Assembly: GCA_020061585.1 (NCBI GenBank) | Contig: JAGUXX010000201.1 | Location: forward strand, 4,575 to 68,574 | DNA length: 64,000 nt | Source of the DNA: Betaproteobacteria bacterium | GTDB lineage: Bacteria > Pseudomonadota > Gammaproteobacteria > Burkholderiales > Thiobacillaceae | Direction of reading: 5' to 3' | Part shown: positions 27,221 through 35,262 of the stretch, piece after piece | Layout: each line of letters begins with the position of its first letter | Position numbering within the stretch: position 1 is the stretch's first letter | Notes under the pieces: model-generated | What the model saw: only the letters and a program-made list of their open reading frames with translations | What the model was told of the DNA's origin: nothing | Database searches by the model: none | Translations under genes and position numbers: made by a program

Positions 27221-28606
27221 TCATGGTGCGGCAACCAAGGACTTCCAAGATAAAACATTGAGATACGCCTTGGTCTGCTCGCGCAACACCCTTCGCAGAC
27301 TTTCCTCGTGATCCCGTTCGCTGCTCAACACCACGGCATCAATACCGACGGCACATTCGTCGAACCGGGCAATGTCGACAACCGGCACACCGAACACCTC
27401 ATGCCCGACCCGCGCCGGACTCGAATCCAGGCAACAGATCACCTCGACGCCGCACCGTTGCGCCGCGAGGACAATGAGGTAGGCGGTGAACATGCTGCCC
27501 ATGATCGCGATCCGCCGCAGTCCCGGAGCATCAAAGAACAGCGACCGACCACATTGCAGCATTCGCACCCATTGCCGGTAGGCGGCCTGGCTGCCACCGC
27601 GCGGCGGGATGATACATAGTCCTTCCATGGCTGTGGCCGGAATCGTCATCCCGTAACCCATCTCGGCCATCAGGACCTCAAACGGCAGCACCACATCCAT
27701 GCCCCGCCGTTCCGGTGGAACCGCCTTCTCCCAACGCCGCTTCAGTGCGCGCAAGCGCCTGGCAAGCGCCACGCCCGACATGCGGAAAAGACTATCCTGG
27801 GACTGGTAACGCACTGTGAAGGCAGCCACCAGGGGTAGCAGCGACAGGAGTTGCCGATTCTCCCGCCGCGCGCGCAGCAGCTTGCCCGCGTAATCCGCGA
27901 GGGCTACAAGTGGAGCGCTCTGATCGACGTTGCGAGACTCCTGGCCGCCATGCTGGCGATAACGCAGCAAGGGCTCGGCCAATATGGCGACGTCGCCCCT
28001 GACATTCAGCCTGAACAGCCCGGCAATATCTCCGCTTGGGAAATAGGTGGCCCCTGTTTTTTCAGTGAATCCGCGCCGCCTGGAAACAACAGCATCGCGC
28101 CTGAACAGCAGTGTCGGCGTCGGGAACCACAGTTTTTCCTCAAAATAAGACTTGATATATTCGCCGGGATAGAAATAGCGGATGTCCTCCATTTCATACA
28201 AGCGCTGCTGCTGCCGCAGACCCCGGGTGTCGATGAGGCTGACATTGGTCGCCAGGCAAAGCAAGTCGGGATGAGCCGCGACGCAGGCCATCTGCCGCTC
28301 CAGCATGCGAGGCTCCATCACATCGTCATCGTGCGTGGTCAGCAAGTATCTGCCCCGACTCATCCGGAACGCCGCCCTGATACTGTCGGCCGGGGTTCCG
28401 CCCGGGGGCAGGCGGACATAAGTCAACCGCGCGTCCTTATAGGAGAGCACAAGTCTGGCCGTTTCGTCGGTGCTATGGTTGTCGATGACGAGCAGTTCGA
28501 AATCCGTATAGGTCTGAGCCAGGATGGCGTCCAGGGCAGTGCGCAAATAACCGCTCGCGGCACGGTTGTAGGTCTGTAGCGAGATGCTGACCAGCGGCGG
28601 CGTCAT
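27221..28606 (-). CDS. GT2-family glycosyltransferase fused to a C-terminal Rossmann-like module (paralog A)
   Basis: [40 protein letters not shown], with THDDD. C-terminal module: [45 protein letters not shown]...[13 protein letters not shown]. It is collinear with the downstream paralog (roughly half of positions identical by eye). Confidence 0.8.
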   Translation of the reverse strand: MTPPLVSISLQTYNRAASGYLRTALDAILAQTYTDFELLVIDNHSTDETARLVLSYKDARLTYVRLPPGGTPADSIRAAFRMSRGRYLLTTHDDDVMEPRMLERQMACVAAHPDLLCLATNVSLIDTRGLRQQQRLYEMEDIRYFYPGEYIKSYFEEKLWFPTPTLLFRRDAVVSRRRGFTEKTGATYFPSGDIAGLFRLNVRGDVAILAEPLLRYRQHGGQESRNVDQSAPLVALADYAGKLLRARRENRQLLSLLPLVAAFTVRYQSQDSLFRMSGVALARRLRALKRRWEKAVPPERRGMDVVLPFEVLMAEMGYGMTIPATAMEGLCIIPPRGGSQAAYRQWVRMLQCGRSLFFDAPGLRRIAIMGSMFTAYLIVLAAQRCGVEVICCLDSSPARVGHEVFGVPVVDIARFDECAVGIDAVVLSSERDHEESLRRVLREQTKAYLNVLSWKSLVAAP

Positions 28607-29742
28607 CGGGCGAACGCACGGATAGCCGCAATGACATGATCTTGAGCGGCATCATCGAGGTGCGGCCACATGGGCAAGCTGAGCACCTCATCCGCCAAGC
28701 TTTCCGCGACGGGGAAAGCGCCGCGCTGGTGCCCCAGATCAAGGTAGGCTGCCTGCAGGTGGGGCGGAATCGGGTAGTGCGTCTGCGTCTGGACCCCTCG
28801 GTTCGCCAACCACTCGGTCAGTGTCGCCCTTTGAGTCGTTCGAATAACGTAGAGATGCCAGACATGGTCATTGCCCGCCGGCACTTCCGGCAGGACAAGA
28901 GCGGTGTCCGCCAGCCCCTGTCTGTAGCGGTCCGCCAGCCTTTTTCTACTTGCATTCCAGCCATCCAGATAGCGCAGTTTCACCCCAAGCACGGCGGCCT
29001 GGATCGGATCCAGGCGACTGTTGAAACCGCGCTCCTCATGGACATATTTCCGGCACGAACCATAGTTGCGCAAACGTCGCAGCCGTTCCGCCAGCTCGGG
29101 GTCGTTACAGGTCACCGCGCCGCCGTCGCCCATTGCGCCCAGATTCTTGGTCGGGTAGAAACTCCAAGCGACCGCATCGCCATGCGCGCCAATCCGGCGG
29201 TCTCCGTAATACGCCCCATGGCACTGGGCGGCATCCTCAAGCACCTTCAAGCCATGACGCTTTGCCAAGGCGATGATCGCATCCATATCGGCGGGCATAC
29301 CGTAGAGATGCACAGCTAATATTGCCTTGGTCCGCTCCGTCAACGCGGCTTCAATCCGCAGCGGATCGATCAGAAAGCCGGGCAGTGATGGTTCGACAGG
29401 TACCGGGATAGCGCCACAGTGACTGACGGCCAACCAGGTCGCGATAAAGGTGTGGGATGGAACGATCACCTCATCGCCGGGCCCGATTCCCATTGCCCGC
29501 AAAGCCAGATGCAGCGCATCGAGACCGCTGCCCACGCCGATGCAGTGGGTCGCCCCGGTATAGACGGCAAACTCACGTTCGAATGTCTCCACTTCCTCGC
29601 CGAGGATGAAGCGCGCGGATTCGACTACACGCCTGATGGCGTTGTCGACGGCTCCGACCAGCTCCGAATCGGCACAAGCCAAATTGACAAAGGGCACGTC
29701 CAGGCAGCATCCAGACTTCATGTCGTCAGGCCCGATAACCAT
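28603..29742 (-). CDS. DegT/DnrJ/EryC1/StrS-family PLP-dependent sugar aminotransferase
   Basis: [44 protein letters not shown], and [16 protein letters not shown] (the PLP Lys). The start could be 29742 or 29721. Confidence 0.88.
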   Translation of the reverse strand: MVIGPDDMKSGCCLDVPFVNLACADSELVGAVDNAIRRVVESARFILGEEVETFEREFAVYTGATHCIGVGSGLDALHLALRAMGIGPGDEVIVPSHTFIATWLAVSHCGAIPVPVEPSLPGFLIDPLRIEAALTERTKAILAVHLYGMPADMDAIIALAKRHGLKVLEDAAQCHGAYYGDRRIGAHGDAVAWSFYPTKNLGAMGDGGAVTCNDPELAERLRRLRNYGSCRKYVHEERGFNSRLDPIQAAVLGVKLRYLDGWNASRKRLADRYRQGLADTALVLPEVPAGNDHVWHLYVIRTTQRATLTEWLANRGVQTQTHYPIPPHLQAAYLDLGHQRGAFPVAESLADEVLSLPMWPHLDDAAQDHVIAAIRAFAR

Positions 29743-30490
29743 ACTGCTGCATCAGGGGTGCGCAAATTTCATGGACGATCGATTTGTAAACCTGGTCCAG
29801 ATCAGTCAGTCTCCTTGTCAAATCGACCGGACGCCCATACTTGGGCGAATACCAAGGATCGTTCACCTCGAAGTCATCAACGGTCAATCCAGCCTCGGAA
29901 AAACCGGACACGGACAGGAACGCGGCGAGCCCCCCCATTTCAGCCGGGTCCGACAGGTTTTCATATTTTACCCAGTACAGTCTTCCCGAACGGTAGAGCG
30001 CATCCAAACCTTCGTATGTATCAGCGTATTCGCGCGCAATTGCCCTCGCCTTGTCGGGTCCGAACCTCTCGTTCGGGCATTCACGCTCGAAGACCTGCTG
30101 CCGTGATCTGACGACGTCGAAAGGATGGCGCAGGACCACGACATAACGCGCCTGTCCGCTCAACAGCTCGTCCACGAGAGGTAAAACCGGCGTCAACAAT
30201 GGGTCTTTGAGGGCCAGCACCGAGGGTCGACCGAGATGGTCGTACAGGTGCGCCAACGACGTCGACACCAATGAACGCATGTGTTCACGAAACGCATCTC
30301 GGGATGGAAAGAGAAATTGCGTATGGACTTCCCATTTGATCAGACCAACCCGATACACCTTGAGAAGCGCCGTCAGGTAGCTTGACTCACCGGCATAATC
30401 GTTGATGTCCCGGGAAGTGCACATCAGCGAATAAACCAGGGTTGTCCCTGACCGGGGTGCCCCGCCGACGAAAACAATAGGAATATTCAA
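29726..30490 (-). CDS. Sulfotransferase-family protein (PAPS-dependent)
   Basis: 5'-PSB loop [15 protein letters not shown] at the N-terminus and a 3'-PB-like motif [13 protein letters not shown]. It is soluble, 254 aa. Confidence 0.75.
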   Translation of the reverse strand: MNIPIVFVGGAPRSGTTLVYSLMCTSRDINDYAGESSYLTALLKVYRVGLIKWEVHTQFLFPSRDAFREHMRSLVSTSLAHLYDHLGRPSVLALKDPLLTPVLPLVDELLSGQARYVVVLRHPFDVVRSRQQVFERECPNERFGPDKARAIAREYADTYEGLDALYRSGRLYWVKYENLSDPAEMGGLAAFLSVSGFSEAGLTVDDFEVNDPWYSPKYGRPVDLTRRLTDLDQVYKSIVHEICAPLMQQYGYRA

Positions 30491-30535
30491 AATAATCCGC
30501 GCTCAATGAATAATTCGAAACCGAACACAAACCGA

Positions 30536-32059
30536 CTAACCGACTTCACCAAAAGCATCTACAACCAACAAATCATCCGAAACCGACATGACATGACTTC
30601 TAATCTCGTCGAAATGCCGACTGGCCGTAACCAAAACCACTTTGGCAGCAACATCTGAAATCATGGCTGGGCTTGAAATCACATAACCCCAAAAGGATTG
30701 GCCTTGCTTGGACACATCACCATCGACAAGCAATGCAATATCGCAGTTTGACAGAGTCGTAAATCTGAACAGCCAATTCAATTCATTCCCTGCCCCGTAG
30801 ACAATGATCCGCGCGCCTAATTGATGCAACTTGAGCAGCACTCTATTAGCTTGGGCACATTTGGATAATTTTTCTTCAGAATCATCAAAATATTCTGTCT
30901 TTAGGACCGACTGTGCCCGGGCATGAAGGTGATCTTTGACATGGTTTTTCAAATATCTGTCTGGCAACTCATCCAGCCAATCGAAGAAGCCCTGTTCCTT
31001 GAAATCCAGATCGCATTCCATGGACCTGGATTCGTAAGGAATGTCCCACCCGTAAATTTTTGAATCGTAAAGATGCTCTGACTTACGCTGTAGAAATCGG
31101 CATTCGGCGCAAGGCGCATGCGGGGTTCCGTTTCTGATCGACTCCTTAAGTCGCCTGACCTCCTGGCCCTCTAGAATATTGGACAACTTCGTCTCAAAGA
31201 CATTACCGACCACCAGTTTGGCGCCGCAACACGGCCTCACGTCACCGTTTGCATTGATGATCAAAGGCCCGTGTTTTTCGAGTTGCGGGCATTCGAACGC
31301 AGCACCCATGCTTTCCGGCACGCTGTCGCCCACGAAAAAGTCTGGGGGACGGTTGAATGGGACACTTAATTTATCAGCCAATGTCATTGCCTTGGCGAGA
31401 ATCATGTTCGCCAACTTTGGGTAGTGAAACAGGGACTGCTTGCTCATCCCCTGTACTCCGGCGAATTCCATGTGATCACAAAAAACTGCGGCCCCAATTT
31501 TATGTGCGAATCGCACCACATCGAGCAAGGAAAAAATATTCGATTTCATCAACACCACACCCAACGATATGTTGATGTGCTTTACACCGATTTCTTGCAG
31601 GCCATGGCGCAAATTCTCAATATTTTCCATCACACTGGAAAGGAAACCAGGCCTTCTTATATACGCATATTCGATATGATTTGTCGTGTCTATGGAAATC
31701 GTGATATCTACCCTGGACACATTTTCCAGAAAAGAGAGACTACCCCCATCCAGCAACGAGCCATTCGTGACCTGTGAAAAACCAATGTTACTGTTCCTTC
31801 TCAGGAAGTTGCCCATTAATTTCGTCTTGCCTGCCACTTCCGGGTCAGCCAGAAACTCGCCGAACCCGGTCAAGCTGACTGCAGAAGCAAAATCGGTCAC
31901 CTCCTCCAGCATTCTGGAAAACAATGCGTCCGACATGCATTCCCTATTTGCAAGATAAGCCTTTGCGGATTCCTTGTTGCTCCAAGAACACATTACACAG
32001 CGGTAATTACACCGTTCGCTTGTCTGAAATACAACGACCGGCCTGTAAGTTTCGTTCAT
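30536..32059 (-). CDS. Radical SAM enzyme with a partial SPASM/twitch motif and a C-terminal Rossmann-like module
   Basis: CX3CX2C (SERCNYRCVMCSW). Auxiliary-cluster-like motifs CPQLEKHGPLIINANGDVRPCC (CX14GX4C) and CAEC. C-terminal module: GARIIVYGAGNELNWL...IALLVDGDVSKQGQSFWGYVISSP...KVVLVTASRHFDEI. The gene is AT-rich relative to the window. Confidence 0.8.
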   Translation of the reverse strand: MNETYRPVVVFQTSERCNYRCVMCSWSNKESAKAYLANRECMSDALFSRMLEEVTDFASAVSLTGFGEFLADPEVAGKTKLMGNFLRRNSNIGFSQVTNGSLLDGGSLSFLENVSRVDITISIDTTNHIEYAYIRRPGFLSSVMENIENLRHGLQEIGVKHINISLGVVLMKSNIFSLLDVVRFAHKIGAAVFCDHMEFAGVQGMSKQSLFHYPKLANMILAKAMTLADKLSVPFNRPPDFFVGDSVPESMGAAFECPQLEKHGPLIINANGDVRPCCGAKLVVGNVFETKLSNILEGQEVRRLKESIRNGTPHAPCAECRFLQRKSEHLYDSKIYGWDIPYESRSMECDLDFKEQGFFDWLDELPDRYLKNHVKDHLHARAQSVLKTEYFDDSEEKLSKCAQANRVLLKLHQLGARIIVYGAGNELNWLFRFTTLSNCDIALLVDGDVSKQGQSFWGYVISSPAMISDVAAKVVLVTASRHFDEIRSHVMSVSDDLLVVDAFGEVG

Positions 32060-32147
32060 CCTGCCACCTGAATAGTAATTCCCCCATCCTGGTCACAGAT
32101 CGGGAATAAAAAAGAGCGGAATCATGGAAGTGTCAAACACCATGACA

Positions 32148-32837
32148 TCAGATTTTCACCGCAACCATGATTATCCAATTATTGGCCTGCCCGAAAAAAT
32201 CATTATTCATTGTCGCAAACCTGAAATCACGATAGGTGCCGGCAAACTCACCGATCAGGTCATCCTTGTCCACAAAACACCGCATGACCGTATCGTTTCT
32301 GATCCCGTATGGATCATCAAGGATAAGCCGATAGCCTGGTGCCAATTCCGCGGAAGCTTTGAATATGAAATTATCGGGCGTAGGAATCGACATAATGATC
32401 AATGCGCCAGACTTCGATACTCTGGCGAACTCTACGACATGCGCCGAATATTCGATGGAATTGTTCTTCTCCCCCATGTAATAAGAGGAATTCCACGACA
32501 TCAGGATGTCGACTTCATCATCATCAAAAGGCAGCTGCCCGCAAACCCCTTTGCGCATCGTGACATTTAAACCGTAGCGTGCCATCTTTCTCGTTGTCGA
32601 CAGGCAGATTTCCTCAGTCAACTCGGTACCGAATAGCTTGAGCCCGAGATCGTGCATGGCCAGAAAATTCATGCCATCACCACAGCCGACGTCCAAAAGC
32701 GTTTTACCGCTCAGGCCATAGTCCCGCAAATTAAGATTCGGATAGCGCCCCCGAAAAATCCTCACCACGGCCTCGTTGGGAAAAACGCTGCCTTTCTCGC
32801 GCTCAAGATAGAACCTTGTATATGAATCTTGAATCAT
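32148..32837 (-). CDS. Class I SAM-dependent methyltransferase
   Basis: Motif I KTLLDVGCGDGMNFL, 229 aa, AT-rich. Confidence 0.8.
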   Translation of the reverse strand: MIQDSYTRFYLEREKGSVFPNEAVVRIFRGRYPNLNLRDYGLSGKTLLDVGCGDGMNFLAMHDLGLKLFGTELTEEICLSTTRKMARYGLNVTMRKGVCGQLPFDDDEVDILMSWNSSYYMGEKNNSIEYSAHVVEFARVSKSGALIIMSIPTPDNFIFKASAELAPGYRLILDDPYGIRNDTVMRCFVDKDDLIGEFAGTYRDFRFATMNNDFFGQANNWIIMVAVKI

Positions 32838-32878
32838 GGTTGCCGAATCATGTTCGTGTGGTCATGCCGAGCGACGAT

Positions 32879-33289
32879 TCACGCGCGATTCACTGTGGCG
32901 GTGAACTCGCCGTAATCTCTGATGTAGTCACTTTCGTCATAATGGCGGGAGGCCAGAACCATGCAGACGGAACCTGACGAGAAATTATCCAGTTCGCGCC
33001 AAGTCATGGGGCATAGATACAGGCCATTGTACGAACGGTTGAGGTGGACGCGCTTTCGCTCCAGACCGTCGTCTATCACCACATCGAAGCTCCCCGACAT
33101 GGCAATGATGAATTGATGCAATTGCTTGTGTGCGTGACCGCCACGTTCCGCACCGCCCGGTACATCGTACAGATAGTAGACACGCTCGATCTGAAAGGGC
33201 ACATGCCGCCCCCCCTCGATGAACGTCAGATTGCCGCGGTGATCCGCGATCTTGGGCAAGCCCAACAGCCTGCAATCGGCCAAAGCCAT
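32879..33289 (-). CDS. fdtA: FdtA/WxcM-type NDP-4-keto-6-deoxyhexose 3,4-ketoisomerase (cupin)
   Basis: LPKIADHRGNLTFIEGGRHVPFQIERVYYLYDVPGGAERGGHAHKQLHQFIIAMSGSFDVVIDDG, the hallmark FdtA sequence pattern, 136 aa. Confidence 0.85.
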   Translation of the reverse strand: MALADCRLLGLPKIADHRGNLTFIEGGRHVPFQIERVYYLYDVPGGAERGGHAHKQLHQFIIAMSGSFDVVIDDGLERKRVHLNRSYNGLYLCPMTWRELDNFSSGSVCMVLASRHYDESDYIRDYGEFTATVNRA

Positions 33290-33299
33290 ATTTTCTCCT

Positions 33300-34331
33300 T
33301 TAACCGCTCAACCGTGACAGCACGGAAACATTTCGGCACGACTGACCAGAGGCGAGACCCAGCTCTGAAGATTGTCCCAAGCAGAGCAGCGCTTCCTGGA
33401 AATTCAGTTGATAGCCGTCGTAGCACGCGACGCTTGCGGCAAAACCTTCCTTTTGCGCCATCAAGGTCGTGTTGAGGAATATCCCGTTCTCTTGGCTGGA
33501 TATGCCGAAATCCAGGTAACGGCAGCCCCCCTTGTAACGTTCGACCAGATTCGTGACGAGGACATCCATTCCTCGCCGGGGGCGTCCCTGGTCATTCACC
33601 ACCATGTACTGGACGTGGGCAACCACCGCGGACAGATAAACAATGGCGCCACCAAGCAAATGGCCTTCGCCATCCTCAAGTTGCATAGTCTCGATCTGCT
33701 TCGGGAAAGCCGCTGCCAGGCGGCGCATCTCGGCGGTCGTGTGAACGGCCGGCACGCCGTAACGCGCGCGCAGATTCCGGTCGATCTCGCCCATCAGCAC
33801 AGCCGGATCGTCGACCTTTCGGACGACTAGTCCGAGACCGATGCCTCTTTTGGCGCCGTTCCGTTTCTTTCCAGGTATGTCCGTGCTCGCCATATCGATG
33901 GCGGCGGAAGGTCCCCGAGCAACCAGTTTCGCGCCACATCGAAACAGCGCGTACAAGTCTTCTTCGGCGGGTCGGGCATGGTAGATGTGGGGCACCGGCT
34001 TGTAGAGCAAACCGGTAAAGCCCTCCGCTGCGTAGTGTCGGCACATGACGAAAAAGCAGCCCAGCATCAGCTCCGCCCCCATCCGATGGTCTGAGATGAT
34101 CCCCCCATAAGTCAGACCGCCATGCGAGCGAACCTCGGCCCCATGAACCGATGCGGGCATGACGGCCAACAACTGCTCGTCGACAAAGAACAGCAGTGAA
34201 TGGTCTTCGAAGCGGTCCGCGTGATAGTCCATATAGTCCCGGTCAAACAAGAACGTGGCATTGCGGGACATCCTGACCTGGCGATTCCAAGCCTTCAAAT
34301 CCGATAGTCGGTAACGGCGCGCCGTCAGCAT
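33300..34331 (-). CDS. GNAT/FemAB-fold acyltransferase-like protein
   Basis: 343 aa. The pattern FLFDRDYMDYHADRFEDHSLLFF...GGLTYGGII recalls large GNAT-type proteins found next to fdtA-type genes in glycan loci. This assignment is from memory only. Confidence 0.45.
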   Translation of the reverse strand: MLTARRYRLSDLKAWNRQVRMSRNATFLFDRDYMDYHADRFEDHSLLFFVDEQLLAVMPASVHGAEVRSHGGLTYGGIISDHRMGAELMLGCFFVMCRHYAAEGFTGLLYKPVPHIYHARPAEEDLYALFRCGAKLVARGPSAAIDMASTDIPGKKRNGAKRGIGLGLVVRKVDDPAVLMGEIDRNLRARYGVPAVHTTAEMRRLAAAFPKQIETMQLEDGEGHLLGGAIVYLSAVVAHVQYMVVNDQGRPRRGMDVLVTNLVERYKGGCRYLDFGISSQENGIFLNTTLMAQKEGFAASVACYDGYQLNFQEALLCLGQSSELGLASGQSCRNVSVLSRLSG

Positions 34332-35260
34332 CAGCCCGTCACTCTTTCAGCGACCCCAAGTCCGCCATGGCCGAATCCGTTGCCGCTGTAGAACAGGAAA
34401 ACCCGACCGGTCACCGGAACTTGAATGACGGACGGAAAATAGATCATGTCCGAGTCGAAGCCCCGCTCGGAATGGATGAGGTCGATTTCATCGTCACAGC
34501 GTTGCCATCCCGGTCCATCCGACTCGCGAGCACAACCGAGAAAATACTTCATTCCCAGAATCCGTCGCGTATAGAAAACGTAGCGCCGACCATCGAGGCG
34601 AACCAGTTGGGGCCGCCCAAGACCATGCTCCACGGCTGGATCGTGCCTGACTATGCAGCTTCCACGCGGCTGATAGCTAAGACCGTCGCGGGACTCCTGA
34701 TAATAAACGTCGTAGCAGGGTCTCAGCTTGCCACCGGTCTCGATCCATTCGCTGCCCGCTGAATAGACCGTCGGAAAAATTCCATGTTCCGGAAGGATCG
34801 ACTGACCAGCCCGGACGTAAAGCCCTTCGTCTGCCCGGTCCAGCACCGGAGCTTCGCTGACCCGTTCGAATGTGTCGCCATCCCGGCTCACCGCAAGGCC
34901 GCCGAAATTGTAATGTCGGACCTTGTGGCCGAGTTGGAAGCCCGTGTAGTAAAGCCGGATATCTTCCCCCATGCGACAGGCATGGGCAGGGAACACGCCA
35001 TTTTCATCGAAACAGCCGGGCCGGCCGATGTCCAGCGCGGGACGCTCGGAGCGACCGAGCATGCGCAACGGATCATGCGCATCGACATCGATCCAGGCGA
35101 TCCTCGAGATGCCTGTCCTGTCCCAACCGCCGAGGTATACCCTCAGGCGTCCGCTATCGATCTGGACTGCGGTGGGCGCCATCATGTGCGTAGCCCACCA
35201 GTGTCCGGGATCCTCCGCAAGCCGTTGGTAGACAAGGCCGAGTTTTTTCCAGTGCGCCAT
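34331..35260 (-). CDS. Beta-propeller protein of the GH32/43/68/130 type (glycosidase/phosphorylase-like)
   Basis: 309 aa with repeated blade-like segments (RLRVYLGGWD, IRLYYTGF, VYSAGSEW, VYYQESRDG, YVFYTRR, FLFYSGNG). No signal peptide is present. Confidence 0.4.
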   Translation of the reverse strand: MAHWKKLGLVYQRLAEDPGHWWATHMMAPTAVQIDSGRLRVYLGGWDRTGISRIAWIDVDAHDPLRMLGRSERPALDIGRPGCFDENGVFPAHACRMGEDIRLYYTGFQLGHKVRHYNFGGLAVSRDGDTFERVSEAPVLDRADEGLYVRAGQSILPEHGIFPTVYSAGSEWIETGGKLRPCYDVYYQESRDGLSYQPRGSCIVRHDPAVEHGLGRPQLVRLDGRRYVFYTRRILGMKYFLGCARESDGPGWQRCDDEIDLIHSERGFDSDMIYFPSVIQVPVTGRVFLFYSGNGFGHGGLGVAERVTG

Positions 35261-35262
35261 TT

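Noticed and set aside
32093-32143. A 16-codon minus-strand mini-ORF (MVFDTSMIPLFFIPDL) just upstream of the radical SAM/SPASM-like gene, considered as a possible RiPP precursor
   Set aside because: It has no Shine-Dalgarno sequence and starts 4 nt after the methyltransferase stop. It has no Cys, Ser or Thr pattern typical of SPASM substrates. The rSAM protein carries a sugar-nucleotide-type C-terminal module, has no RRE-like domain that I can see, and sits in a glycan context.
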